This document shows positions 1-12,574 of a stretch of 64,000 nucleotides of DNA, one piece after another (positions within the stretch are counted from its first letter, which is position 1; each line of letters begins with the position of its first letter). Below the pieces are notes generated by a model. That model was not told the origin of the DNA. It ran no database searches and worked only from the letters and a program-made list of their open reading frames with translations. Position numbers and translations under genes: made by a program. Source of the stretch: Ruditapes philippinarum (lineage: Eukaryota); contig NW_026858357.1 of NCBI RefSeq assembly GCF_026571515.1, positions 124,001 to 188,000 on the forward strand, given 5' to 3'.

Positions 1-304
1 AGTATGTCCCAAAAGTTCAACTCAAAAAGTATATCAATAATTCATTTGAAGTCGACTATGTCCGCAATTGTCCGTATTTCTCATGTTTCAAGCGTTCGAT
101 TAACACGTTTGCTTTTCCTTGCTCCCAATCATTCCAGCGCTTATTTGATATTAATAAGAACGGAAAGTGAGGACATTTTTCAAATATTGAGGCATGCTTG
201 AATTTAATTGCATTGAAATTACATGTCATATGATACCAAAGTTTTGAACATTATGTAATATGTTCGTTTTACTAATTGACGTGTGTAACTAAATCTGTAC
301 TTAC

Positions 305-3300
305 AAATTCCATACTTCCCTAGAACCATGGGTAGATAATCCTGAAAACTTTCTGTAAACGGCCTTCCTCCTAAACTATGATGGTGATGAAATAAAGACA
401 CTGCCATATCTTTCGGATTTCTTTGCACGTGAACTATTTTGATCTTTTTCTCAAAAATTCCCTTGGGAATAAGTTTACACGGCCAGTGACAATTCAAAAC
501 TCTCGGTGACGTCACTTTATCTATGACATCTACGTCTTTAAAATCTAGAAAGACTGCTTCTTTTGGGTTTGTCTCGTACTCGGCCTTCCCTCCTCGTAAC
601 ATCATAAGTATCTCCCATACCCAGTGTGTACCTGTAAATGCACGGGTTTTCCTTAAATGGCATTTGAAATTTATAACCTGCTTAATAATATTCAAGTTAA
701 TAAAACTTGGACAGAAGTGATAATGGTCATTAGTTAAGGTACACAACGATAATTCTGTACAGATAAACCTGTGAATAAAAGATATCCAAAGGAGAAACCA
801 TACATGGCCTTTATATACAAGTGGTCTTTATTCGGAGTTTATTGTATTGAATTTGTTGTATTTATATTAATGAAGGTTTGTCATAGAATGGTTTTTATTG
901 ACAGGGTGGTTTTATTCGAAGGTGGTCTTAACCACAGGTTTGACTGTATAGTGAAGCATAATTATAAGTATTTAACGAATTGAGAGCGCAGCACACGGTC
1001 ACGCGGTAGTCATGTATGTCTTCAAGTCTAGGAGTCGCGAGTTTGATACCCGCAACTCCAACAAAAACTACTAACAGATCTTTAAAAAAACAACAGAGAT
1101 TAGTGGTTTGTAAATACACTTTGTGTAACCAATTGTTGTACGTTCAAATCGTGCCAGGGACTTTGGATTCTGCCACGTGATGATGCTATCCAGCTAGCTT
1201 ACGAAACTCGGGTGCCAAATCGTACCTGAACTTACAACGGAGAGACACCTGAGGTCATGGAGGTATTGTAAAGTACAGTAAAGTTGGGAAGTCGCCGTTT
1301 GACCAGCACAGTGTTGGTACAAAGTAAAGCCAAACAACAACAACAAAAGCTTAACTTTTAATTTATTATGCGTTTGTAATAATGTTATATCATATATCAA
1401 CCAAATAAAACCATCTTTAATAATTTAATCATAACAATTATGTAACATTATATTATATTATTATATTCTATTACAAAGTGTTAGTTTATCTATGTGCGCA
1501 ATTGATATGACCGTACGCTGCGCCGCTCTTGACAAATTTTATTTGATACTTAATTCACAGGAAATAAGGCTTACTGCTAAATGCAATTTGTTAAAATATA
1601 ACGATTGATTGCATTGATAATTTTCTAAAACTTTCAATCCCGTTCTATCTATAATGTATCGACGGACGAGGATCTGTTGAATTCTAGAGTGGCGACGAAG
1701 CCTAGCGGTTAACGCGTCGAAATATAGTAATCGGATTAATGACCGCGTGGGTTCAAACCCGGTCAGGGGCAAGCCGTTGTTTCCTTGAGCCTTTGTTTAA
1801 TTGCTTTGTTACTGGCTGGTTCCAGGAACGGATTCGAGAGTGTTTAAATAAGCTATAAGCTTCCAACACAATCGAACTAAAATAAATTAGTATAAACTAA
1901 ACTAAGGCGTTTTATTTTGTTCTGTCTGAAAACTTGGAATTTAATTGTTTAGATCCATTGCTATGGTACATGTCTACTTGTTATCTAAACGATATTATTT
2001 ATACACTTAACAAATCTTATAAGTGTGCATTTATAAATGGTTTCATAGGTGTATCAATATTTGCCCGATCATGCTGAAATTTTCATTAAATACAGAAAAG
2101 AGACATGTTATCATTTTTATTAAGTATTTTTCATTCAAGATACAAATTTAAGATTTAATTTCTAAAATATGTGAATGCATGTCAAAAGTCGATGTTGCAA
2201 AATGATGTCTTGATACCGTATGTGCCCACCCTGACTGTGTATTACAGCCTTGTAGCATCGTCACATCGATGTTGCATACCGTTGTATCGGTGAGGAAGGT
2301 TACCAACGATGAAGTTGCTCTGTACTCAATGATTAGCCTTTTTAAAGTATTTCGGTGTACACCCATTCGAGGCGCAACCTTCAAATGAAACAGACATGTA
2401 GTACAGTACATTTATGTTCGTCTTAGGTAGAAACTGAATTTAAATGATATTCGGCTTTTATAATGCAAAGGAATTAAAATAATCATTTAAACAAATAAAT
2501 GTTGTTACCAACCTCTGTTTGGTGTACACAAGCGTTGACCAATCCTAGGGCTATGCAACGCTGTTGTATAGATAATCTACCCATGTGGTGTTTTTCTGAT
2601 ATGTCGATCTCTGTCGTATCCGAGAATATCATGTGCAATTTTATTTCACCCATTCTCACAATTTTTCGTGCATTTTGTGAATTTCGTTCGTTCATGGTTG
2701 AACGCACCTCATAGTTAAAATTGACATGCCTGAACACGGGAAAAGTGTGGAAATGCAGGCAATAGTCAGAACGCAACATTTTGTAGAAATGTATTGATAA
2801 ACGAGAAAGTTATAAGGACATAAATGGTGCACACTTATAAGATTTGTTAAGTGTATGTAGACAAGATGATTGCCGAATCATTAATCCACTCATAGTTTGA
2901 AGTGGACATTTCCGATAAACAGGAAATTAGAAATGATGATCCTGCTGAAATAAATATTGTCGGCCAGTTACAGTACTCATTTTGACAATGGATACAGCAA
3001 GCCAACTAACGGAGGATAAACTTCTCGAAGAGAATCTTAGCGCTTCTGACGAGTACTATGATTTTACGTGTACACCGTGTACAAAAGAAAAGCGAAATAT
3101 ACAAGCGAAGAAATATTGTGTGGACTGTAAGAATTATTTATGCGAAAACTGTATAAAGCAGCACAATAGGTTTGGCTTGATGAAAAATCATCGCGTCGTG
3201 GATAAAACTGAAGCAAAACGATACAAGAGTAACGTCGTACCAAGTGACGTTGTACCGAGTGACGTCATACCAGTGCAGACATGTGACGCCCATATCGGAA

Positions 3301-6300
3301 AACTTCTTGACATGTACTGTGAGATCCATGAGGAAGTTTGTTGTGCTGCATGCGCAGTCATTTATCACAGGTATTTCTAGACTAATTCTTTTCAACTTAT
3401 AACTTGGCAACCCTCATTCGATAACCTACCTATTCAGTGAAAAGAATAAAGTACATGTAGGACTATAATCGTGAATTTATACTTGACTTTCTATGTGAAA
3501 ACAGTGGAAAAAAAAACAAGACACTGTTAATTTTCTTAGAAATACATGTCCATTTACAACTGCTATTATCTCATCGTGTGTAGAGAATGTAGCTAAAGTA
3601 GCTCTTGTTCGTTCCCATATTTTCAAAACATTACTGTAGGTGTTAGATTTTGCTCATTGTGTCCACTGTGTTATTATTTTCATTTTACTTACAGCGGGTG
3701 TAAGGGAATGGTGTATTTGCCAAACGTCGTCAAGAATTTCGCAGACGACAAACATAATTTTAAGGACATATTTGATAAACTTGATGTATGCCGAATGAAT
3801 ACTGCGAAACTAAAGCTAGCAAGACTTAAACACAGCGAAATATTCGAATGTTCGAAGAAAGATATAATCGAAGAAGTAAAGTATATGAAGAAACGAGTCG
3901 AGAAGCACTTTAGTAATCTTGAGAATACATTAATAATGGCAATTGAACAGGAGAAGTACACAATGGAAAGCTGTTATTGATACTGATGTAAACGATTTGG
4001 ATGACGTCATAGCACAGATTAAACACCAGAAAGAAAACTTGGAGAAGTTGAGTGAAACAGACAATGTCGCTTCGTTGTTTGTACAAACGAGAATAGCGAA
4101 TAAATGCATTGAAGAATCAGAAAAAGTTGCGAAACTTATTGAGACTAAAACTGGTAGGAACATTTACTTTCTACCAAACAGAGAAGTAAATAGGCTTCTT
4201 GATTTGGCAATGTTTGGTGAAATAGTTGATAACATACCTGAATGTAACGGGGAACTAATAAATGTTGTTTCAATCAAGTCGATCGCAGAAAAATCTTTGC
4301 CCACTTACAGTGGAATATGTTCCCTTGAAGATGGTTCGAAGTTACTTTGTGATTGGCAAAATGAAAGTCTAATGCATTTAGATGAGGATTATAACATCGT
4401 ACAACGCATCGAGCTGCCTGGCCAACCCTTTGGTATGTGTGCCATTGATTCTACAACCGTCGCCATCTCGTTTCCGAAACTGAAAGAAGTGCATTGTGTT
4501 TCAGCCGAAAATGAAGTGCATCTGACTTCTTCTTTTCACACTCAATCACAATGTCGTGGTATTGCGTACGCAAACGGGCTAATATATGTTGCATGTGGTG
4601 AATGGAAAACAGACAAAGACACCAAGAGTCACATCGCTGTCTACAGCATTTCCGGTGAACTTCAAAGCTTCCGGTGTGATCAGCATTTTTCTCAGCTGGG
4701 ACACATTGCAATATATGGTTCCCGGCTTTACGTCACTGACTGTCATAACGGCTTACTCATAATGGACGAAAATGGCGATGTTTCAAAGATATTTACACAT
4801 AAGCACATGAATAATCCACTTGCAGTTTGTGCTGGACACGGGAACCAGCTGTTTCTCGGCGGCTGGAGTTCACATAACATAATGCTGCTAAATAACGAGG
4901 CACAGTTATCAAAAGTACTGCTAAGTCAACAAAATGGGGTCAAGAACATTCACAGTCTGTTCTTTGATAAGATGAGATTACAGCTTATATACACGATGCG
5001 TGATTCCCGCAAAATCAAAATTTATGCTCTTACCTACTGAACATAGGTAGACGAAGGTAAAGCATCTCTTTGACAAAGAAAAATAAAGTTATTCTTTGTC
5101 CCCATAGCATTCAGGGTGAATGTCTCTAAACAAATTAAATTTGTCTATGTTTTTTGACTCATAATACATTTTCTTACAAAATTGTATATGCAAGTTTTCC
5201 TGGATAATGATAAGATACTTAGAACGCTTACTAACGACAATCATTTCAATAGTAGTGAAATATGACGCGTTGTCTGGAATTCAGATTTTGAAGTAAATGA
5301 TTATTTGTTATGCCTGATTTTGTTATTGAGACATAAACACAGTGTAGATTTAGAGAGATGAAAAATAGAAGACTTTGCGTTACTTACCTGACTTTAGGTA
5401 CGTTGCTAAGACATGTACAATGTATACGAGAAAAAGGAAATATATCAGACTCTGCGTTACTTACCTGACTTTGGATACGTTGCTAAGAATACATCGTCTG
5501 GTCGTATTGTCAAGTCTCGCATACGTTCAATGTGAGATTTCAAATCTCCATCCTTGAAATGCTTTCTCTGTTCCTTCCTGTGTATAAATATAGATATAAT
5601 CAGGATTGTGTCATCCATTATTTTTTTGTAGAATAGAATCTAGGACATTTTGAAACTGCGGGGAAGGGAAATCCATAGAGAGCGTTGACAACAACACAGA
5701 TAGTTAGTAAAATGAGAGATAATGTAGATTACATCATCTCTCAAACCACGCCCCTCCCCCTCCAACCAACAGCGTTTCAGCGGTATTCAATTCATCAATC
5801 TATCGTTAGCTTGATATTTGGATAGTTGATACACGTATGTTTTGAGTTTTAACTTGTTGATTCTTTATGTACATTTAAATAATTTAATGATACTAAATTT
5901 AGCAAACAGACACGGTCGGCAGCTTGGTTGTTCTCTATGGATGTATCAAAGTATGGCCTGGTTAAAATTTACTGGGCTCGCCCACTGGCACCAGAGCTTC
6001 AATGTCTTTTCCATTTCCTACAATCTTTTTAACCATAAAAGTCATTTTACTTCAATGTTGTCTTTTATATACAAACCGCAAAATAAAGTTTTTGTTCTTG
6101 TCTATCTCGGTACAATAGATTTATAGAAAGGAACAAAAAGCGGGAACGTTGTTTTGGTGATTTTACTATTTTATGTCATCATTTGTATTTATAAAACCAA
6201 ATTATTAACTGACAGTAACTTGAAGCTCTGGTGCCAATGGGCTCACTTTATAGCTAGCTATCTCAAAGAACTACTTTTTAAGGCACCCACTAAGCTTACA

Positions 6301-6395
6301 ATTAAGCAATGAAATACATACGAATAAACTAAGCCATTTGCCGTTATAAATTCGCCTTTTCTTCCATCAGATGTTTCAATTGTGATATTGGCCAT
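305..6395 (-). CDS. Cytosolic sulfotransferase (SULT1-like, Sulfotransfer_1), 5' coding exons; gene continues off the left edge
   Basis: Exons 6395-6322 (MANITIETSDGRKGEFITANGLVY), 5577-5465 (..MRDLTIRPDDVFLATYPKSG) and 631-305 (THWVWEI..PRVLNCHWP..VQRNPKDMAVSLFHH..). All introns are GT-AG with matching phases (2, 1). The 5'-PSB motif YPKSGTHW is split across the 632-5464 intron; the 3'-PB motif RNPKD..VS is present. Confidence 0.9.
760..946. mobile_element. Tc1/mariner-pogo type MITE
   Basis: Imperfect TIRs cagataaacctgtg / cacaggtttgactg, flanked by TA on both sides. Confidence 0.6.
1118..1348 (+). mobile_element. SINE fragment (family B: ..gctatccagctagcttacg..gtcgcc..gtgttggt.. with a caa-rich tail)
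   Basis: Similar to the copies at 35378-35476 (-) and 53573-53770 (+); ends in (caa)n. Confidence 0.55.
1688..1905 (+). mobile_element. tRNA-derived SINE (family A)
   Basis: A-box-like gcctagcggttaa and B-box gggttcaaaccc. Body ctggttccaggaacggattcgagagtg is shared with 54011-54205 and 17978-18172. Tail (aaact)n. Confidence 0.7.
2004..2853 (-). mobile_element. Non-autonomous Tc1/mariner element with an N-terminal transposase relic
   Basis: Perfect TIRs cacttaacaaatcttataagtgtgc / gcacacttataagatttgttaagtg with TA duplications at 2002-2003 and 2854-2855. The minus strand encodes MGRLSIQQRCIALGLVNACVHQTE | VAPRMGVHRNTLKRL (HTH-like). Confidence 0.85.
2988..5040 (+). CDS. RING-less TRIM-like protein (2 B-boxes, coiled coil, NHL-like beta-propeller) with a +1 frameshift near 3963-3978 (pseudogene or assembly error)
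   Basis: Exon 1 is 2988-3370 (CTPC..YCVDC..LCENC..H; CDAH..YCEIHEEVCCAACAVIYH). The intron 3371-3694 is GT-AG, phase 2. Exon 2 is 3695-5040 and carries NHL-type repeats. Removing one base gives ~575 aa. AATAAA near 5082. Confidence 0.85.
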
Positions 6396-6465
6396 TCTTA
6401 CTATTTGTATTCTGAAATGAAAATTCGTTGTCATTATCCAAGATGGAACCAACCAAGCCTTTAAA

Positions 6466-7310
6466 GACTTAGGCCTACACATGTATAAGTGAAATATATT
6501 CTATATACCAAGCCTCTCCTTTGATTTGCATTTAATGACTTAGGCCTACTCGTGTATAAGTGAAAATATATTCTATATATCACGCCTCTCCTTTGATTTG
6601 AATTTAATGACTTAGGCCTGCTTATGTTTAGATGAAATATATTCTATAATCCACGCCTCTCCTTTGATTTGAATTTAATGACTTAGGCCTGAAATATATT
6701 CTATAATCCACGCCTCCCCTTTGAATTGCCTTTAATGACTTAGGCCTTCTCATGTTTAAGTGAAATATATTCTATAATCCACGCCTCTCCTTTGATTTGA
6801 ATTTAATGACTTAGGCCTGAAATATATTCTATAATCAACGCCTCCCCTTTGAATTGCCTTTAATGACTTAGGCCTTCTCATGTTTAAGTGAAATATATTC
6901 TATAATCCACGCCTCTCCTTTGATTTGAATTTAATGACTTAGGCCTGAAATATATTCTATAATCCACGCCTCCCCTTTGAATTGCCTTTAATGACTTAGG
7001 CCTTCTCATGTATAAGTGAAATATATTCTATAATCCACGCCTCTCCTTTGATTTGAATTTAATGACTTAGGCCTGAAATATATTCTATAATCCACGCCTC
7101 CCCTTTGAATTGCATTTAATGACTTATGCCTACTCATGTTTAAGTGAAATATATTCTATATGCTACGCCGTCCCTTTGATTTGAATTTAATGACTTAGGC
7201 CTGAAATATTTTCTATAATCCACGCCTCCCCTTTGAATTGCCTTTAATGACTTAAGTCTCCTCATGTATAAGTGAAATATATTCTATATACCACGCCTCT
7301 CCCCTGATTT
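6466..7310. repeat. Minisatellite with a 128-bp higher-order (57+71 bp) repeat
   Basis: The unit start gacttaggcc (two copies slightly variant) recurs at 6680, 6737, 6808, 6865, 6936, 6993, 7064, 7121, 7192 and 7249, spaced alternately 57 and 71 bp. Confidence 0.95.
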
Positions 7311-7516
7311 TGATCAAAACGTTACAAACAAACAAGGAAAAACAATGAACTGCATGTATTTTTAAAACAAAATATCATTTACCTGGTTAAATCGACATTA
7401 CCACTGTCAAATACCACACGTGATAAAGAGTTTACACAAATGTTAATATATGTAGGTCATATTTTCATCACGAGAATTAGTAACACACCATTTTATCAGT
7501 TTATGGTTACATAAAA

Positions 7517-7780
7517 CAGGCGCGGATCCTGGATTTTATCAGATGGGTCGCAAACTTTCGATAATGGGTAACAAACATTAAGGCAGGATATTTTGCTTAT
7601 CTCTAGAGATGTGGGACAAAAGTCAAAATTTTCCTGTTTTTTTGTTTTTGTTTTTTATTACTAGATTTTTTTCTGATTTTCGCTAATCCAACTTTAATAG
7701 GCGTTCGACATACGTGTCAAATCCCATAGGGTCATGTCCGCCTTACACCACCGCCCCTCCCCCTTCTGGAGTCGCGCGTG
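7517..7780. mobile_element. Degenerate hAT-like MITE
   Basis: Ends caggcgcggatcc / ggagtcgcgcgtg are imperfect inverted repeats; flanks acataaaa / tcataatg. Confidence 0.4.
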
Positions 7781-10700
7781 TCATAATGCACTTATAGATA
7801 ATGATAATTATAGTTGTATAAATATGCACACATACATTTACACCAGTTCGATCCAATACACACAACATATAAATATTACATGTATTAGGGGGCAGGGGAC
7901 ATATTCGTATGATGGCCCCGGTCAAATTTTTTAATAACTCAGACATGGTGTTTTGAAGGTACTGATAACTTCTGATATTTCTCTGTCATTGTAATTCTTT
8001 CTTGTTTGTGTGTAGGAAATGAGATATATTTTTGGGTTTTTACCCGAAACTAAGCATTTTGGTAGCTTTGTATGTATTTCTGACTCTCCGAATGGAGGTG
8101 AAAAAGTTAAAAATCAAGCTTTGACAGTTGGCGCCAAACAAGTAAGAAATTTCAGATAAATTTTGTGAAAAATCTAAACGTATGACAGACACTTTATTTG
8201 TCATTTCTGAAAATGCTATAGCTTGCACTGCGTGTTACTGATATTTTTAAAGGAATCGGGCGGATTCTGGAGTATGCTGCACCTTCATGAAGATTGCCCA
8301 TATTGGTATTTTTTAGGTGTGATTTTGGCTGGGTGGGGGTAAATATAAATTGCTGTCAGTCATTTTTTGAAGGAGCAATGCATGCAAACTATTATTTTCT
8401 TCAATGTATGTCATATGCATATTGAGAGTCTTTAATTACTATGTACTGATATTTCTACAAATTATTATGCTGTTTTCGTTTTATAAATTGCCGTCTAGAC
8501 CTATTATTACTGGGAAAAGAACATTTTCTGTTCAAGTTGAATTTAGTTTAAATCATTCAACGTATTGCTTTTTAGGCTATTGTCCTATCGGAACATCTCG
8601 GCTATTAATCAATAATAATAATGATAATAATTCTTAGCAAAGGGCTGGTTATTGTCGTTCCAAATACTGCCTGTACGTATATGTCCCCGACAGTCCCGAA
8701 AAGTGCTTGAATGATAATATTCGGAAACCCTTATAAAATATATAATGGCCGTACAAGGCATTTTTTACCAGTTTGTTTTTAAAAAATGAAATATTCAAAT
8801 ATCAGACAGTATAAATTTCAATTAGTCTAAATCATTTCTTTCGAAATTCTAAATAAAGTTTCCGTTTAAAAGGAAAGACTTGCCCAGTTGTGTCATCATC
8901 CCATCCCTTTAAAAATGATGGGGTTTTTTTCTAAATAAGGTCGGCTTTTTGCTGTCTTCACGCAGATGTGCTAGTCGCATTGATTTGACTGAAAATATGT
9001 TTAAAGATCTAGCTGTAGGTTGTAATTGAGGTTGTTCCCACACTTAAGTGAAATTTTATATATGTATATAATTATGTTTATAAAACAATTTTCAAACATT
9101 GAAGAATATGTACTGCAAATATCTGTGCACATGATATGTAATAATTAAAATATATGCATTCATTTCTCATTGAAAAAAATCACTTAGACTTTATAGAAAA
9201 TAAATTTCTAATTACCAGCCTTTATTTACATGAAATGTTAAATTCGGTAATATCTTTATAAATAATGCTTTTTGGAACCTACAATATTGATAAATCTTAA
9301 TTTGAGCATTATATTTATGATATAAAACCATAAAAATGAGTTACGGGACCTATTAAAAGAAATTAGATTTTAGGTTAAATCAATACAACAAGCACCTTTG
9401 CACCATTACGTATATTTCTGTGATGTCGTAAAAGCAAGTACATGTATATCTCCTCGCCGGAAAAGAACAGTAGTCGCATCTTCGCGGCCCTTTCCTTTCC
9501 ATCAAACTTCGGATAATTATAAATAATAGCCGAGATGTTCTGATTGAATCATTTTGTATCGGCGACAAGTAACCAAAATAGAGTAGTGAGTGGTCAAGAG
9601 AGCCATTTTTATAACTTTAACATCGTTTAGGTCCCCTGAATATCATATGAATACTTTCAGGCTATTTTTTGTTTCAGACCAGCTTTCTTTTCCTACGGAA
9701 TGGCCAAATAAAGATGTTGCAACAAGAAAAAAATCTCAGTGTTACCCCTTAGGCATTAGTATTTTACATTACATGATATGAAAATACCAAACAAATGTGT
9801 GTGTAAAATTGTAATTTCAAATTATTTTTTTCATGTGATGCAGTGAAAATATGTAATCTTTTCTTCATTTATGAACAGAGATGGAAAGCATAAAATTATT
9901 TAATCAATGGGAGACAACTGCTACAGTACGGATTCATAGCAAGGTAAGAATTTCATCGATTTATCTCCCCTGTTAACGGATAAATTTACTTGAAAGTAGA
10001 CTGAATTAGCGTAACAAGAAATCTTAACATAGAAGAAGATTTATTGCAATAAACAGAAATACATTACAAATAGTGAAAGCAAATTTATTCAGCAATTTAT
10101 TTACAAAATGCAACAGTTACTATAAATAAATGTATACATAACTAGACAAAAGCTCTATTTAATGAATGACAACCGCGTAAAATTCGTGCATTTTTAAATT
10201 CTTAATGATAAAATGTAAGATATAATTTAAGCAAATGACATTATTTATTTCAGCAATGTTTATAAAACTTAATATAAGTTTAAGTAAATAATGTGCATAC
10301 TTTATATTTAATAGAAAATAGTGTAATAATTCGTCTGGGTCTTTTTAATCAATGAAAATTTTTAATTACCCTTTCCGTATTGTTTTTACACTTTTCGTGT
10401 TTTGCAAGTCTGTATATGCACTTATAAGCGTTTAGATGACTCAGATGAAGCATATATTTCTATGTTTTAAGCATGAACCATTCAAATCATAAGATATTTA
10501 TAAAAGTGTAACCTTCGCTACAACACGAAGTAAAATTTCTATTTTCGCAAAAGGCAATTCAAAGTCATACAACGCTAATAAAACGTTCTACACATTATAT
10601 TTAAAGTCCATTAATCGCAAATATACAAAGACATAAAAAGCTCACAATATATACTGATTTTAAGCACTAACTGAAAACAAGACTGTTCGATATCTTGCCA

Positions 10701-10826
10701 CGCTCTTATCAATAAGTTAGGATATAATTCATTATTTGTTTGATATTCATACAGCACTATTTGCACGTGCTCATACGAAAGCAAATTCACAACATATCTG
10801 CAGACGGCAATCTTGTATTGAACTTT

Positions 10827-12514
10827 CTAAGTTCCGGTTGACAAACACCCAGCGCCCATTCCAAAACCGTAACCGGAAGTGCCGAAATTCTTTGCGTAAC
10901 ATCCTGAAATGTATTCAAGAGAGAAAGATTGAGTGACTGTTATGTTCACTTTTAGAAATAGAGCTGATTTACTATTCTTTCTCACCAGACGCTTTCATCA
11001 AAATTAATGTATGGCAAAGCACTTCTGCGTTGTGTATGTGTGCGTGTTGACTATACACTAGAGAAGACAAATGCGCCGTTCCATAGTTTGATAATACATG
11101 TATATGATTTATAATCATAGTCAAGAAATTGTTTATTTTTGATATTGAACTTCATAATGATTAAATCATGTTAGTCAGTATATCAACTGATTCAAACTGT
11201 GTCTAATAATCACCTATGGTATATTGAATCAAATATTTTCTCGTTATTTCTCGCGTTATTTCACTCATTATTTCACACGTTATTTCTCACGTGATTTTTC
11301 ACGTTATTATAGTATATTGTTTCTGCAACAAAGCTATTCGTAGTATTTTTTAAAATAAAAGATAATAAATGCCGTTGCCAGTCGGTAAAATAGCCAGAAA
11401 ATATTTTAAGAAAATTCTTTGTTATATACCTTTACAGTATATTTCTTTCTCGTGCCGGTTTAGTGCACTAGGGTCTAACTTCTTATTGCACACCTTACAG
11501 CTACAGCATGATTTATGCCAAGGCTGAAAAATTATAAATGTTATATATATAAATATTGGTTAGATTTCTTGATATACAAGAGATTGTAGTCCGAACGAAG
11601 CGTCCTTGGTCCAGAGTTTGATAAAACTATACCAAAATAGCTAAATATGCCTTGAAATTGTATGTGGTGGTGAACTTTGAATTTTGTTCTGTGCCATTCA
11701 TTGCAGATATACTGTATGGTTTTAAATGAAACAAAAATGTATGTACATATATCAACGTAAATCAACAATGGCATTTAATTTTTTTAGATGGACTTGCGGT
11801 TTGTTTCTGTGATAACCATGATTTAATTCCTGAAATTCTAAGATAATGCATGGTGTCTTAGATGTTGTCACAATAATGAGCATATAAAGTTGAACGAGAC
11901 TCTGAAAGCATATGCAAGTAACGTATACTTGTAGGTAGACTTATACAAGTGACGTATACATGCAGGTAAATGTGACGTATACCTGTAGGTATATACAAGT
12001 GATGTATACCTGCAGTTCTATACAAGTCATTCATACATGTAGGTCTATTCAAGTGACGTATACCTGTAGGTATATACAAGTGACGTTTACCTGTAAATCT
12101 ATACAAGTGACGTATACCTGTAGGTCTATACACTTATCATTGTCAACAGCCAATACATTGTATAATTAAGTATTAACACGATTCTTACGTCTGACATTCC
12201 ATTAGCTTTCTCCATTTCGTAAACTGTTCGACCACATCGCCCACATGCGTTAGGTCCTCCACATGATCCCCCAACATGACCCTCATTTGGCCGGTTACTT
12301 GAAACATAACAGAAACAGACGTGAATAAATCATTAAAATCGTTATTTAGTTAACAAGAAATGCAACGATTCATTTTAGATCGCCAAGAACGTTAGCATTT
12401 ATTCTTTGTTCAAGGAATTATCATATATTTGTAATCATCATCATCATTATTATCATAATAATAATAATAATTGTTGTTGTTATTATAATTATTAATTATT
12501 AATTATAATTATTA

Positions 12515-12574
<60 letters not shown>

